DNA of 64,000 nt from Camelus ferus (lineage: Eukaryota): the NCBI RefSeq assembly GCF_009834535.1, contig NC_045697.1, forward strand, positions 112,036,001-112,100,000, in the 5' to 3' direction. The notes below the pieces were generated by a model that saw only the letters and a program-made list of their open reading frames with translations, did no database searches and was not told the origin of the DNA. Made by a program: the position numbers and the translations under genes. Each line of letters begins with the position of its first letter. Position 1 is the stretch's first letter. Of the stretch, positions 63,308-64,000 are shown in pieces.

Positions 63308-64000
63308 CAGTTTGGTCCTTATAGGAAGATGGGGGAAGTCCTCAGGGTAGCTGTTGGGTCAGGTGTTCAGACAGTGAGGTTTTTTGACACAGGTTGTGAA
63401 GACATAAAACTTTTTATCTTTCAGTAAGAATATTGCTCTTGCAGATTTTGTGTCTTTTGTAGCTTCTCCTGTGGGATTGGGGTGTTAAGTCTTCTCCAGC
63501 TTGTGAGGATAAAGGCAGGGCTCAGGAGAAAGGGGACAGGGAGTTGCACTGAGGTGGGCTTTTACTGAGGGCAGGTCTTGAGATAGAGTGGGGAAAAGCA
63601 GGAAAGAGCTTTCCTGGGGCTCAGGGAGTGCGGCTCTGGCTAGGAACAGAATATTCACATGCCTGGAGGTCATCATCTTTGTTGTAAGTACTCCCGGGGG
63701 AACTTGCCCAGTGGCTACATCCTGGGACAGAGGTGACAGAACTGGTGGAGGTAGATGTCTACTCTCATGCCGTGGGAGACACGAGGAGCCAGGAATGCTG
63801 CAGAGAGAGGGGAAATGAGTGTTTGCAACCAGCAGGGAGTGACGGTCCTCTAATGCCCTGAGTGTGTCACTACCCAGGAAACCCTAACTTTCCGACCTGA
63901 CTTGTCACATTAAAAAACACAACAAGATAAAACAAGATCCAAGCTGTTATAAAGACAATAAATCAAGGTGCTCAGTATTAAAAGTCTTCTTTAAAGGCTT

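Noticed and set aside
1..64000. Prokaryotic systems (CRISPR arrays, operons, defence islands)
   Set aside because: The DNA is mammalian; I saw no repeat-spacer arrays, no long ORFs and no gene-dense blocks.

Overview
Mammalian, repeat-rich, mostly intronic or intergenic DNA. The young repeats (a tRNA-derived SINE resembling Vic-1 and a cetartiodactyl-type L1 3'UTR) point to a camelid; this is inferred from recalled consensus sequences, not a search. There are no prokaryotic features, and the listed six-frame ORFs appear to be chance or repeat-derived. On the + strand, five candidate small exons (8879-9013, 18603-18647, 26337-26370, 30662-30691, 41312-41385) have canonical AG/GT ends, join into one uninterrupted frame and are followed by a 3'UTR-like block. 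I do not recognise the gene, and it could be non-coding. The most unusual signals are retroelement products: two L1 copies that look reverse-transcribed from spliced RNA, a scrambled L1-derived polyadenylated mosaic whose unique tail occurs twice, a poly(A)-tailed LTR, an old/young hybrid L1, and a perfect fold-back hairpin inside an L2. Repeat subfamily names are from memory and most repeat boundaries are approximate.
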